From NCBI GenBank assembly GCA_033763315.1, contig JANRKS010000008.1, forward strand, positions 32,001 through 96,000: a DNA stretch of 64,000 bases, given 5' to 3'. How positions within the stretch are numbered: the stretch's first letter is position 1; every line of letters starts with the position of its first letter. This DNA comes from Deltaproteobacteria bacterium (lineage in GTDB: Bacteria; Myxococcota_A; Polyangia; Fen-1088). Below the pieces are notes generated by a model. It did not search any database. It was not told the origin of the DNA and saw only the letters and a program-made list of their open reading frames with translations. This document shows, piece by piece, positions 19,132 through 31,200 of this stretch. The position numbers and the translations under genes are program-made.

Positions 19132-22100
19132 TTGGCCGCTGCGTCCCCTATACTGCGACGTTCCCAAGGAGACGTCCCCCTGCCCGTCGACAACCAGAAA
19201 TCCTTCCCGCCCAGTCTGGGTGAAGCGCCCATTGCCGTTGTGGGAGTGTCGGCCTTGTTCCCGGGCTCCGTGAACAAGGAGGGGTTTTGGCGCGACATCT
19301 TGGCCGGTAAGGATCTGCTGACCGATGTGCCCGCCACCCACTGGTTGATCGACGACTATTACGACGCCGATCCAAAGGCCCGTGACAAAACCTACGCGCG
19401 GCGCGGGGCGTTTTTGCCAGAGGTGGATTTTGATCCCGTGGCGTGGGGCCTGCCACCCACGTTGCTGCCCAACACAGACACAACGCAATTGCTGGCGCTG
19501 ATCGTGGCGCAACAGGTTCTTGAAGACGCGTGTGGCACGCAATTTAAAACCGTGAACCGCGAACGCATCAGCGTGATCTTGGGCGTGACGTCCGCACAAG
19601 AGCTGCTGGGCAACATGGTCAGCCGGCTGCAAAAGCCGGTGTGGGTCAAAGCCCTGCGCGAGATGGGTTTGCCGGAAAGCAAAGTGCAGGACGCCTGCGA
19701 TCGCATCGCGTCTCACTACGTTGAATGGAAAGAAAGCACCTTTCCCGGTGTTTTAGGCAACGTGGTTGCGGGGCGCATCGCCAACCGCCTGAACTTGGGC
19801 GGCACGAACTGCGTGACAGACGCCGCCTGTGCCAGCAGCTTGTCGGCGTTGTCGATGGCTGTGTCTGAACTGCGCCTTGGTCAATCAGACATGGTGATCA
19901 CCGGCGGCGCCGACACCATGAACGACATCTTCATGTACATCTGCTTCTCGAAGACACCTGCGCTTTCACCCACGGGTGATTGCCGGCCGTTTTCGGATCA
20001 AGCCGATGGCACGATGTTGGGCGAAGGCTTGGGCATGTTGGCGCTCAAACGTTTGGCCGACGCTGAACGTGATGGCGATCGCATTTATGCGCTGATCAAA
20101 GGCATCGGCACGTCTTCGGATGGCCGTTCCAAGAGCGTGTACGCGCCGGTGGCCGCGGGACAAGCGGTGGCGTTGCGACGCGCTTATGAAGAGGCGGGTT
20201 ATAGCCCAAGCACCGTGCAGTTGGTGGAGGCGCATGGCACCGGCACGCGCGCGGGCGATGCCGCTGAATTTGAAGGGCTTCGCACTGTATTCGATGAGGC
20301 CGGCCGCGGCGACAAAGCTTGGTGCGCGCTGGGATCGGTGAAATCACAGGTGGGCCACACGAAAGCCGCCGCGGGCGCGGCCGGCTTGTTCAAAGCTGTA
20401 ATGGCGCTTCACCACAAAGTGCTGCCACCCACAATCAAAGTGGACCGGCCCGACCCGAAATTAAACATCGAGCAAAGCCCGTTTTATCTAAACACGGTGG
20501 CGCGGCCATGGGTACGCAGCGGCGCGCATCCGCGTCGTGCGTCGGTCAGTTCGTTTGGGTTTGGCGGGTCCAACTTTCACGTGGCGTTGGAAGAATACAC
20601 AGGCCCCGCAACGGCGGCGCGCTTGCTGCCTGATGTGGGGCACGTGGTTTTGCTGTCGGGCACACAGGCGGAATTGGCCGCACGCTGCGCCGCTTTGGCC
20701 GCGCAGTTCGATGAAGCACCGGCCGGCGTGTTGGCTTTCGTGGCGTGGGATTCACAACGCACGTTCGAGCCCAAAGCCACGGCGCGCTTAAGTGTGTTTG
20801 CCGCGAGCGAAGCCGATGCGGCGGCGAAGTTCAAACAAGCCGAGGCCATCGTGAAGACGGGACACGATCTGGTCTCGCCTGCAGGCATCGAATTCTGTGC
20901 AACACCTGCCAGCGGTAGCCTGGCGTTCTTATTTCCCGGTCAAGGCAGCCAATATCTTGGCATGGCCGCGGACACTGTGATGGGCGTTCCGTCGGCGATG
21001 CAGGCGTGGGAGCAAGCGTGCGGCGACGCTGGATCGTGGGGCGCGGCTTTGGCCGAGGTCACGTACCCGCAGCCGGTGTTCGATGATGAACAACGGCAAG
21101 CGCAAGCGCTGCGGTTGACCGCCACCGAATGGGCACAGCCCGCGATCGGCGCCACGAGCTTGGCGTTGTTGAAAATCTTGCGCGCGTTGCAAGTCGAGCC
21201 TGCGTACGTGGCGGGCCACAGCTTCGGTGAAGTCACGGCGTTGCATGCGGCCGGCGTGTTTGGCGCGGCCGACGTCATGCACATTGCACGCAAGCGGGGC
21301 GAGTTGATGGCCGCGGCGTCGGCCACACCGGGCGCGATGCTTGGCGTGGCAACAGCCTTGGTCGATGTGCAACAGCATCTGCGCGACGCTGGTCACGTTG
21401 GGCCCGACGCACGCGTCGTGGTGGCAAACCACAACACACCTAAACAAGTTGTGTTGTCGGGGCACACAGGCGACATCGAAGCGATGGAGGCGCGTCTTAA
21501 AGCTGCCGGCGTCAACGTCACACGTTTGAATGTGTCCACGGCATTTCACTCGCCCTTGGTGGCAGGTGCCGCCGTGCCGCTGCAAGCGTTCTTGCAAGAC
21601 GTGCACATCGGCCCTCCAGTTATGCCCGTGTTTGCAAACACCACGGCTGGCCATTACCCAACCGACAAAAACGCGATCCGTGAGTTGTTGGCAAACCAAG
21701 TGGCCAACCCCGTGCGCTTCGTGGAACAGATCGAAGCCATGTACGCGGCCGGCGTGCGCACCTTTGTGGAAGTGGGCCCGGGCCATGTGTTGACGGCGCT
21801 CGTGGGCCACATCTTGAAGGACCGCCCGCACCGCGCCGTCGCTTTGGATCGCAAAGGACGCAATGGCCTCAGCACCTTGTTGCAAGGCCTTGGCGCGTTG
21901 GCCTTGGCAGGAAACGCGATTGATTTTTCCGCCTGGTGGCAGCCGTTTGCGCAACCCACCGATCCCCGTTTGCAGACCAAACCTGCACTGACCCTAAAAG
22001 TGGGCGGTGCCAGTTTCGGAAAGCCTTATCCCCCTGCTGGAGGAGCAGCCGCTTTGCCTAAGCCCAATGAAGAGAGCCCCGTTTCACAACCGTTGACCCC

Positions 22101-25100
22101 CGCGGCCGCGCCGGCGCCTGTGGCACCAGCGCCCGCAGCCATGCCCGTGATGGATGCAAGCGTGCAGTACGCGTGGGTTATGGCGATCACCGAAAGCCAA
22201 CGCCAAACGGCGGAGGCCCACGCAGCGTTCGCGCGCGCCATGGCCGAAACGCACGCGGCATTCTTGCGGTCGGCCGAAGCATCGCTGATGGGGCTCAACG
22301 CCGCTTTGGGTGGCAACGCCGTGGCGCCGTCGTTCGCGCCGCCAGCACCTGTGTTTGCAGCACCGCCAGCACCTGTGTTTGCAGCGCCGCCAGCTCCTGT
22401 GTTTGCAGCGCAGCCAGCTCCTGCACCTGTGTTGGCAGCGCCCTCAGCACCTGCGTTTGCGGCACCGCCAGCACCTGCACCGATGTTCACAGCGCCGCCC
22501 ACACCTAGTGTTGTGCCTGCGCCGCCCACGCCGGCGCCATCACAAAGCACACCGGCAGGGCTATCGCTTGAAAGCTTGCAAGCGTTGATGCTGCAAGTGG
22601 TGGCTTCGCGCACCGGATACCCCGAGGAGATGTTGGGCCTCGGTATGGATCTTGAAGCCGACTTGGGCGTGGATTCGATCAAGCGCGTTGAAATCCTTTC
22701 CGCCGTGATGGAACGCGCGCCGGGGTTGCCTGAGGTGAACACGGCAAAGATGGCGTCGATGCGGACGTTGGCCGAGATCGTCGCTTATCTTGCCAAAGAA
22801 GGCGGCTTGGGCGCCAACGGCACCAGCGAACATCACAAGGCCAACGGAAAACCGAACGGCAAAGCGAGTGAATCGAATGGCGCCGTGGAGGGCGTCCCCC
22901 GCCCTTTAGTTGAAAGCCCTGGGGTCACCACCCTAGGGCGCCAAGCTTTGCGCGCGGTTGTGTCACCGGCTTTGGGGTTAGCCACGGCAGGCGTGCTCGA
23001 CGGACGCGTGATCATCACCGATGACGGACAAGGCGTGGCCTTTGCTTTGGCCGAACGATTGCGGAACCGGGGCGCGCAAGTGCAGGTGTGCTTGGCCACA
23101 GCCGTGCCGTCAGATGCCAACGTGCTGATCGCGCTCGACGGCTTGCGCGGCTTCAGCAGTCCCGCGGGCGCAGACGCGATCAACCGTGAATCATTCATCG
23201 CGGCGCGCTCGGTGGCCGCTGCCTTCGAGAAAAACGGTGGCACATTCATCACTGTGCAAGACACGGGTGGCGACTTTGGCCTTTCGGGTTCGCACCGCGC
23301 GTGGGTGGCAGGCATCTCCGCGTTGGCACGCACGGCCGCCATCGAGTGGCCTCAAGCCACCGTGCGCGCCTTGGATGTGGAACGCGACGAGCGCACCGCA
23401 GAACAGATCGCCGATGCGATTGCCAATGAACTTATGGCGGGTGGCCCCGAGCTTGAAATAGGTTTACGCGCCGATGGCACGCGTGTGCGCCTGGCGTTGG
23501 AGGCTTCTGCTTTAACCTTGGGCGCCAACACCAAGGTGGATCGTGCGCAAACGTCTTTCGTGGTTGCCACGGGCGGTGCGCGTGGCGTGACCGCTGCGTG
23601 TTTGCGGGCGCTGGCCGAAGCCGCGCCAGGGCGCTTCTTGTTGCTGGGGCGCACGGCTTTGCAACCTGAACCCGCCGCATGCGCGGGGGCGCAGAGCGAC
23701 GCCGAACTGAAACGGGCTTTGTTGATGGAAGCGCGCGCACAGGGCGCCACATTGACGCCGGCGGCGTTGGGCCGGCAAACGTCGGCGGTGTTGGCCAACC
23801 GCGAGGTGAACGCCACGCTGGCCGCATTGAACGCCGCAGGAAGTGAAGCCGCGTATGAAGCCGTGGACGTCACCGACGCGGCGGCCGTGGCCGCAACCAT
23901 CGATCGTTATCGCGCACGTTGGGGCGCGGTATCAGGCGTGGTGCATGGCGCGGGCGTACTCGCCGATAAGTTGATTGCACAGAAGACCGACGAACAATAC
24001 ACGTTGGTGACCCGCACAAAGGTGCACGGGCTGAGGGCATTGCTGCAAGCCACCGCACAAGACGCTTTGCGCTTCTTGTGTTTGTTCTCTTCGGTGGCGG
24101 CGCGCTCAGGGAACCTGGGTCAGTGCGATTACGCAATGGCGAACGAGATCTTGAACAAGGTCGCGCACGAAGAGCAGCGGCGCCGCGGCCCCAGCTGCGT
24201 TGTGCGATCGCTCGGGTGGGGCCCGTGGGATGGCGGGATGGTGGACGACGGCCTGCGCGCGCGGTTCGCCGCCATGGGTGTGTCGTTGATTCCGGTACCT
24301 GCCGGGGCCCAAGCGATGTTGAACGAACTGGCTTTTGGCCCACAAGCCGCCACAGAAGTGGTGTTGGGTGCCACCAACGAAGACGACGGCGCCTCCCACA
24401 GTCTGGCCGGGCCCGACGCCGGCCACGAGCTTGAATGTGAAGTGCACGTCAACCACGAATCGCACGCGTATCTTGACGGCCATCGCATCAAGGGCGTTCC
24501 CGTGGTGCCGGTGGCGTTGGTCATCGATTGGTTCGCGCGCGCCGCACACGCTTTGCGCCCGGACTTGGTGTTGTCAGCGATCCGCAACGTGAAGGTGCTG
24601 CGAGGCGTGCGCCTGTTTGGGTTTGATCAAGGCGCAACGGAGCGCGTGGTGATCAAAGCGCGGCAGCTATCCAATGGCGGTCAAGCGACGCTGTCACTTG
24701 AGCTGCGTTCCACCGAAGGCGCCAAGCTTTACACCGCCACCGGCGAGATGCGAACGCACGCGTCCATCGCCACCCGCCCCGCGCCCGTTTTGGAGGCGTT
24801 GCAGTCGTCACCCCGCGTGGTGTATGGCCAGGCGCCGTTGTTTCACGGTCCCACCTTTCAAATGATCGACGCGTTGACCGGTATCGCGCCCGGCGGGTTG
24901 GCGGCAACCATCAACGGTGTGTTGGCTTTGTCGTGGCACGAAGCGGGCGCGCACAGGCCGTGGCGCACGGATCCCGCGGCGGTGGATGCGGCGCTGCAGT
25001 TGGCGCTGTTGTGGACGCATCATAAAGTGGGTGGCGTTTCGCTGCCCACGGGGCTCGAAGCCCTGTTGATTCACAAGACGGGCCCTTGGATTGGCCGTGT

Positions 25101-25266
25101 GCACGCCACGCTGCAAACGCGGCATCCGCAAGGCGAACACAAAGATCGCTGCGTGGTGGATGTTGTGTTCGTCAACGATCTGGGTGACGTCTTAGGCGAA
25201 GCTTTAGGCATCGAGACGCACGTCATCGCCAGCGGCGAGCCGGTGCCTGCGGCAGTCGTGGTTTAA
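19132..25266 (+). CDS. pfaA: PUFA-type iterative type I synthase Pfa2/PfaA: KS-MAT-single ACP-KR-DH
   Basis: KS DAACASS/EAHGTGT/GHTKAAAG; MAT GHSFGE and AFHS; ACP DLGVDSIKRVEIL; KR TGGARGVT and YAMAN; DH HRIKGVPVVP and DAALQ. The true start may be CTG 19180. Confidence 0.93.
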   Translation: MAAASPILRRSQGDVPLPVDNQKSFPPSLGEAPIAVVGVSALFPGSVNKEGFWRDILAGKDLLTDVPATHWLIDDYYDADPKARDKTYARRGAFLPEVDFDPVAWGLPPTLLPNTDTTQLLALIVAQQVLEDACGTQFKTVNRERISVILGVTSAQELLGNMVSRLQKPVWVKALREMGLPESKVQDACDRIASHYVEWKESTFPGVLGNVVAGRIANRLNLGGTNCVTDAACASSLSALSMAVSELRLGQSDMVITGGADTMNDIFMYICFSKTPALSPTGDCRPFSDQADGTMLGEGLGMLALKRLADAERDGDRIYALIKGIGTSSDGRSKSVYAPVAAGQAVALRRAYEEAGYSPSTVQLVEAHGTGTRAGDAAEFEGLRTVFDEAGRGDKAWCALGSVKSQVGHTKAAAGAAGLFKAVMALHHKVLPPTIKVDRPDPKLNIEQSPFYLNTVARPWVRSGAHPRRASVSSFGFGGSNFHVALEEYTGPATAARLLPDVGHVVLLSGTQAELAARCAALAAQFDEAPAGVLAFVAWDSQRTFEPKATARLSVFAASEADAAAKFKQAEAIVKTGHDLVSPAGIEFCATPASGSLAFLFPGQGSQYLGMAADTVMGVPSAMQAWEQACGDAGSWGAALAEVTYPQPVFDDEQRQAQALRLTATEWAQPAIGATSLALLKILRALQVEPAYVAGHSFGEVTALHAAGVFGAADVMHIARKRGELMAAASATPGAMLGVATALVDVQQHLRDAGHVGPDARVVVANHNTPKQVVLSGHTGDIEAMEARLKAAGVNVTRLNVSTAFHSPLVAGAAVPLQAFLQDVHIGPPVMPVFANTTAGHYPTDKNAIRELLANQVANPVRFVEQIEAMYAAGVRTFVEVGPGHVLTALVGHILKDRPHRAVALDRKGRNGLSTLLQGLGALALAGNAIDFSAWWQPFAQPTDPRLQTKPALTLKVGGASFGKPYPPAGGAAALPKPNEESPVSQPLTPAAAPAPVAPAPAAMPVMDASVQYAWVMAITESQRQTAEAHAAFARAMAETHAAFLRSAEASLMGLNAALGGNAVAPSFAPPAPVFAAPPAPVFAAPPAPVFAAQPAPAPVLAAPSAPAFAAPPAPAPMFTAPPTPSVVPAPPTPAPSQSTPAGLSLESLQALMLQVVASRTGYPEEMLGLGMDLEADLGVDSIKRVEILSAVMERAPGLPEVNTAKMASMRTLAEIVAYLAKEGGLGANGTSEHHKANGKPNGKASESNGAVEGVPRPLVESPGVTTLGRQALRAVVSPALGLATAGVLDGRVIITDDGQGVAFALAERLRNRGAQVQVCLATAVPSDANVLIALDGLRGFSSPAGADAINRESFIAARSVAAAFEKNGGTFITVQDTGGDFGLSGSHRAWVAGISALARTAAIEWPQATVRALDVERDERTAEQIADAIANELMAGGPELEIGLRADGTRVRLALEASALTLGANTKVDRAQTSFVVATGGARGVTAACLRALAEAAPGRFLLLGRTALQPEPAACAGAQSDAELKRALLMEARAQGATLTPAALGRQTSAVLANREVNATLAALNAAGSEAAYEAVDVTDAAAVAATIDRYRARWGAVSGVVHGAGVLADKLIAQKTDEQYTLVTRTKVHGLRALLQATAQDALRFLCLFSSVAARSGNLGQCDYAMANEILNKVAHEEQRRRGPSCVVRSLGWGPWDGGMVDDGLRARFAAMGVSLIPVPAGAQAMLNELAFGPQAATEVVLGATNEDDGASHSLAGPDAGHELECEVHVNHESHAYLDGHRIKGVPVVPVALVIDWFARAAHALRPDLVLSAIRNVKVLRGVRLFGFDQGATERVVIKARQLSNGGQATLSLELRSTEGAKLYTATGEMRTHASIATRPAPVLEALQSSPRVVYGQAPLFHGPTFQMIDALTGIAPGGLAATINGVLALSWHEAGAHRPWRTDPAAVDAALQLALLWTHHKVGGVSLPTGLEALLIHKTGPWIGRVHATLQTRHPQGEHKDRCVVDVVFVNDLGDVLGEALGIETHVIASGEPVPAAVVV
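19149..19171 (+). promoter_or_regulatory. Putative -10 box (TATACT) and Shine-Dalgarno (AAGGAG) of pfa2
   Basis: TATACT at 19149-19154 and AAGGAG at 19166-19171, 8 nt before an in-frame CTG at 19180. Confidence 0.5.
22336..22500 (+). repeat. Coding tandem repeat (about 24-30 bp unit, APPAPVFA) in the Pfa2 MAT-ACP linker
   Basis: gcgccgccagcacctgtgtttgca-like unit occurs about six times with decay. Confidence 0.85.
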
Positions 25267-25277
25267 GAGCCCCACGC

Positions 25278-28200
25278 ATGTCTGCTTCTTCCTTCTGTCC
25301 GATCGCGATTGTGGGGCGCGCTTGCGTTCTGCCGAACGCGCTGTCGCCGCAAGCCTTGTGGGATCTAGTGGTGCGCAACACCGTGGCCACCAGCCGCGCG
25401 CCTGCCGGTCGGTGGGGCATTGATTCCACATTGATGTTGGCCGGGCCTGGTGAGGCCACAGGCGATCGTGCACTCAACGACGTTGGTGGCTACGTGCACG
25501 GCTTCGAGCGCGTCTTTAATCCGCATGGCTTCGTGCTGCCGGGCGATTTCATCGCGGGGCTCGATCCTGTGTTCCAGTGGTTGCTGCACACCGGACGCGA
25601 AGCCTTGCGAGACGCCAAATGGGCGGGCAAGCGGTCGCGCGTCGGCGTCGCGGTGGGCAACCTTTCATATCCGTCACAAGCCTTGTCGCGCTTTGCTGAG
25701 CGCGTGTGGCTTGAAGGCCAACCTGATCCGCGCACCGGCAGCAACCACACCACCACCGGGTTGATGGATGTGCTTGGGCTGCCGCAAATCGATCCGCACA
25801 ACCGCTTCATGTCTGGTCTGCCCGCGCATTTGCTGGCGCAAGCTTTGGATCTGGGTGCGGGTGCGTTTGCGCTTGATGCCGCGTGTGCGTCTTCGCTTTA
25901 CGCGATCAAGGTGGCTTGTGATGCGCTGGCCGATGGCCGCGCCGATTTGATGTTGGCGGGAGCGGTGAACTGCGCCGATGACTTGTTCATTCATGCGGGC
26001 TTTACGGCCCTGTCGGCGTTGAGCCCCTCGGGCCGCACGCGACCCTTTCACGCCGAGGCCGATGGGCTTGTGCCCGCCGAAGGCGCAGCGATGGTGGCGT
26101 TGATGCGGCTCACAGACGCGCAAGCGCAAGGGGCGCCCATCTTGGGTGTCATTCGTGGCATTGGTCTGTCGAACGATGGCCGGGGGCGAGGCCTCTTGGT
26201 GCCTTCACAGCCTGGGCAAGTGCGTGCGCTCAAAGCCGCCTACGCCGGCGCAGGCTTATCGCCAGACGACGTGGGTTACGTGGAATGCCACGCCACCGGC
26301 ACCAGCGTGGGCGACGCCGTTGAACTGGGCACACTGCATGAGGTGTTCGGTGCACGTCGGCACAACCTTGTTGTGGGATCTCTGAAGGCCAACCTCGGGC
26401 ACCTCATCACAGCGGCCGGCGCGGCGGGTTTGATTAAAGTGTTGTCGGCGTTTGAGGCGAAGGCGAAGCCGCCGATGCCATCCCCCGATAAGCCAAGCGG
26501 TGCTTTGCAAAAGCTGCGCACGTTGCAGCAAGCGATACCGTGGCTTGACGAAGGGCGGCCGCGGCTCGCGGCTGTCAGCGCGTTTGGGTTTGGCGGCAAC
26601 AACGCGCACTTGGTTGTGGAAGAGGCCCCCCGCGCAGGGGCGCCGCTGTCGCGCGCCGTCCCCGCCGCCTTGCCGAAACGTGAGCGGATCGCCATCGTGG
26701 CGCTTGGCGCCCGCGTGGCCGATGGCACCAACGTGGCCGATTTCGCCGAGGCCTTGTTCACCGGCACGTCGCGTTTGAACCACGGCGTGGCCGCGGCGTA
26801 TGAAGTGGCCGTTTCACTGCAAGGGCTGCGGTTTCCTCCCAACGATCTGCAAGAGACCCTGCCACAACAATTGTTGGTGTTGGCGGCCGCACGCGAAGCG
26901 GTGGAGCAAGTGGCCGCGTTGCCTTCGCAAACCACAGGCGTGTTCGTGGGCATGCAATGCGACGCCGAAATCGCGCGCCACGGAGCGCGGTGGCACGCGG
27001 CGGCGTGGGGCCAAACCTTGGAGGCCCCCTCCGGTTGGGTCGATAAAGCGCGAGACGCGTTTGTGCCCTTGCTTGGCGCGGCGGGTGTGCTGGGCGCCAT
27101 GCCGAACATTCCAGCCAACCGCTTGAGCAGCCAACTGGATCTTCAGGGCCCCAGTTTCACAGTTTCGTCCGAAGAGCTCTCTGGTGTGCGTGCGTTGGCC
27201 TTGGCCGAACGCGCGCTGCAAGCCGGTGAGATCGATGCGGCACTTGTAGCCGCAGTGGATTTGTGTGCGGAGCCCGTGCACATGGCGGCCGCGAAAGTGC
27301 TGTCTGCGAAACGACGTACCGGAGGCGACGCGGCCATCGTGATGGTGTGCAAGCGCGAGTCCGATGCGGTGGCCGATGGCGATCGCATTGTGGCGTTCGT
27401 CCAAACACAGATCGCGGCGCCGTTTTCCGATGAGGATGACGCCCGCGAACCAGATGAAGCCGACCTGCTGATGGGCGATGGCCAGGGTGCAACCAGCTTG
27501 CACACGTTGTTTGGCCACCCGCACGCGGCTGTGGGCCTGTTGCATGTGGCCGCCGCGAGCTTGTGCTGTGAACATGGGCACCTGCCAGGCGTTGAAGGTG
27601 ATCGGCTGCAGGCGCCCCGCGTTTGGAGATCATCATCAAAGCCACGGGTCGCGTCCGTGTTCGTCACGGCGTTGGGCGAGCAGGCCTGCAGCGTGCAGAT
27701 CACCAGCGCCAACTCGTCCGAACTCCCACTAAGTGAAGTGATGCGCAAGCTGCGCGCTGGGGCCTACCAACCAGCCCCGCCCGTGTTGGCGTTCCCGGCC
27801 CACCGGCCGCGCCCGCGTTTGCCACAATTGTTGGAACCACAAACCATTTTGGCGCCCGTCCAAAAGCCGCAGCTGCAGGACGCGTTCGCACCCACGGCTG
27901 CGTCGGCCGAAAGTCACGTCACCACAGTGATGCCACTGCCTCCGTGGCTTCCCCCCGCGGGGGACCTGATCGTTGGCGAGCTCAACACCACGCCCGCACA
28001 AGCGCCGCGTTTTGCCCCCTTTGCACAGATTCCCGCTGTGTCTGCGCCAGCAGTTAGGCCTCGCTCTCCTGCCCCATCGTCACAGGCCCTGGCTTACCGC
28101 AACCATGTGGCCCAGCTTCATCAAAGCTTTATCGCCACGGCCACCGCAACGCACACGCAATTTCTAGAACTGCGGCAAAAGGCATTTGCCGTGTTGCTGC

Positions 28201-31200
28201 GCGGCCCGGGCGGCACCGCAGTTGCGTTGCCGACGTGGCAGCCCCCGCCACCTCAAGACGTCGTAACCGCGCCTGCCATCGTTGCCCCCACCTCATTGTT
28301 GTCGCCTCCGCGCGGCCCTGCATTTTCACGCGCAGAACTCGAAGTCCACGCTTCGGGGCGCATCAGTGATCTATTCGGCGAAGGTTTCGCCGGCCAAGAT
28401 CAATACGCCATCCAAGTGCGCATGCCCGAGCCCCCGTTGTTGCTGGCGGATCGCGTGGTGGGCATCGACGCTGTGCCCGGCAGCATGGGGCTTGGCACCG
28501 TGTGGACGGAAACGGACGTTCGCGAAGACAGCTGGTTTTTGAACCGAGGCTTTATGCCTGCGGGCATCATGATCGAGGCAGGCCAGGCGGATCTGTTCTT
28601 GATCTCGTATCTGGGCATCGACGCGCACAACAAAGGCGAACGCGCTTACCGCCTGTTGGGTTGCGAGCTCACATACCACGGCGGCCTGCCAAAGCCGGGC
28701 GATACCTTGCGGTATGAAATCCACGTCGACGCGCATGCACGTCAGGGCGACGTGCGGCTGTTCTTCTTTCACTACGATTGTGTGGTGGGTGATCGCCGCG
28801 CCCTCACCGTTCGTCAGGGCCAAGCGGGCTTCTTCAGCAAAGACGAACTTGATCATTCAGCCGGCGTGCTATGGCGCCCGGAGACGCAAGATATTGTCGC
28901 GTCGCCGCGCTTGGATCCACCCGCGGTCAATTGCACGCACAGCGCCTTCACAGCAGAGCAGATGCGTGCCTTCGCTGCAGGCGATGCGTTTGCGTGCTTT
29001 GGCTCCGGTTACGAACTGGCCCAAACACACACGCGATCGCCAGCGGTTCAACAAGGCGAGATGCTGTTGGTGGATCACATCGCCGCGTTCGAGCCCACCG
29101 GCGGCCCTTGGGGTCGCGGCTATCTCAAAGCCGTTACGCCGATCTCGGCCAATGATTGGTTCTTCAAAGGCCACTTCAAAAACGATCCGTGCATGCCTGG
29201 CACTTTAATGTACGAAGGCTGCTTGCAGGCGATGGCCTTTTACCTCGCGGCCTTGGGATACACGTTGGATCGGGACGGCTGGCGCTTTGAGCCCGTGCCC
29301 GAAGAAACGTTCAAGCTTCAATGCCGCGGGCAAGTGCTGCCAAGCTCCAAAGAGCTGGTGTGCGAATTGTTCGTGGAAGAAGTGATCGAAGGACCCACGC
29401 CCACCCTTTACGCGGATCTTCTGGGCACCGTGGATGGCCTCAAGGCGTTTCACGCGCGCCGCGTGGGTTTGCGCTTGGTGCCCGATTGGCCGTTGTCGAG
29501 CTGCAAGCTCGCGCCTGTGCCCCATACAAAACCCGTGGCCGAGGCGAACGGCTTCGCGTTTGATTATGCATCGCTGCTGGCGTGCGCGTGGGGCCGCCCT
29601 TCAGCTGCCTTTGGACCGATGTACAGCGTGTTCGACGGCATTCGCCGCGTGGCGCGTTTGCCGGGACCGCCCTATCACTTCATGAGCCGCGTGTCGCGCA
29701 TTGAGGGTGACATCGGCGTGTGCCAACCGGGGGCCACAATTGAAATCGAATACGATGTGCCACAGCACGCATGGTATTTCGAGCAGAACGGCGCACGCAC
29801 GATGCCGTTTTGCGTGTTGCTTGAAGCTGTCTTGCAACCATGCGGTTGGTTGGCCAGTTTTGTGGGCAGCGCACTTTTAGGCTCTGAAGATCTCAGCTTC
29901 CGCAATTTGGATGGCAGTGGGCAAGTGCTGGCAGAGGTTTTCCCCTCGTCGGGCACCTTACGAACCGTGACCACCATCAAGACCGTGTCGCGCTCGGGCG
30001 GTATGATCTTGGAAACCTTCGAGGTGCAGTGCTTCATCGGTGATACGCCGATCTACAAACTGCACACAGGCTTCGGCTTTTTTCCAAAAGCGGCGCTTGC
30101 CAACCAAGTGGGCCTCCCCACCACGCCCGTGCAGCGGGCGCAACTGGAAGCACCGGCGCCTTACTTTGTGGATCTTACGCAAAACCCCGCGCGCTTTTGC
30201 GACGGTTCACTGCGGCTGGCCGGCCCGATGTTGCTGATGATCGACCGTGTAACGGCCTATGATGCCAAAGGTGGTGCGGCGGGCATGGGCTTTGCGCGCG
30301 CCGAGAAAACCATCGATCCGTCAGAGTGGTTTTTCAAAGCCCACTTCTTCCAAGATCCGGTGCAACCGGGTTCGCTTGGCATCGAAGCGATGCTGCAGCT
30401 GCTTCAATTCACGATGATCGAGGACAACCTCGGCCACGGCATGCGGCAGCCGCGGTTCGTGCCGCTGGCGCTCGGCCACGACATGACGTGGAAATACCGC
30501 GGCCAAGTTGTGCCGACGAATAAGATCGTCACCACCACACTCGAGATCACCAAACGCACAGAGGACGAGCACGGCCGCCCGCTTGTGTTCGCCGAGGCTT
30601 CGCTGTGGGTGGATGGCAAGCGCATCTATCATGCCACCAGCCTGGGCATGAGCATTGTGGATGATGCGCCCACAGCGCTCCTTGCCGCTGAAACGAATGC
30701 CAGCACCGAGGTGTGGCAGGTGCAAACGCCGCAAGAGTTCTTGCCGCGCACGCGGGCGTTCTGGGGCCACCACTTAGGCACCCTGCCCGCCGCCGTTGAC
30801 GACATCTTCACAGCGCTTGTGCAACGCTTCGTTCATCGCTTGCACATAAAGGGCAGCGACACGCTGGCCACCTTGGCGCAAGCGCCGCATGGGGTGCTGT
30901 TCCTGGGCAACCACCAAACCACGGTGGAATCCACGCTGTTCGCGATCGTGGCCTCGGCTTTGGTGGGCTCACCCATTTTGACGTTGGCCAAAGCCGAGAA
31001 CGCCACGTTCTGGCTTGAGCTGCTGATGCAACATACGTTTGCTTATCCGGGCCTCGCGCGGTTGCCGATGGCCAAGCTGTTCAACCGCAGCGACAGCGCT
31101 TCGTTGCCAGGCATCATCGCCGAGATGGCCGAGGAAATGGTGAACACACGGCGAAGCATGATGGTGCATGTGGAAGGAACACGAGCCTTGCAAGCACGAT

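Noticed and set aside
22336-22500. Short direct repeats as a possible CRISPR array (also 38514-38590)
   Set aside because: They are in-frame coding repeats with no unique spacers and no cas genes.
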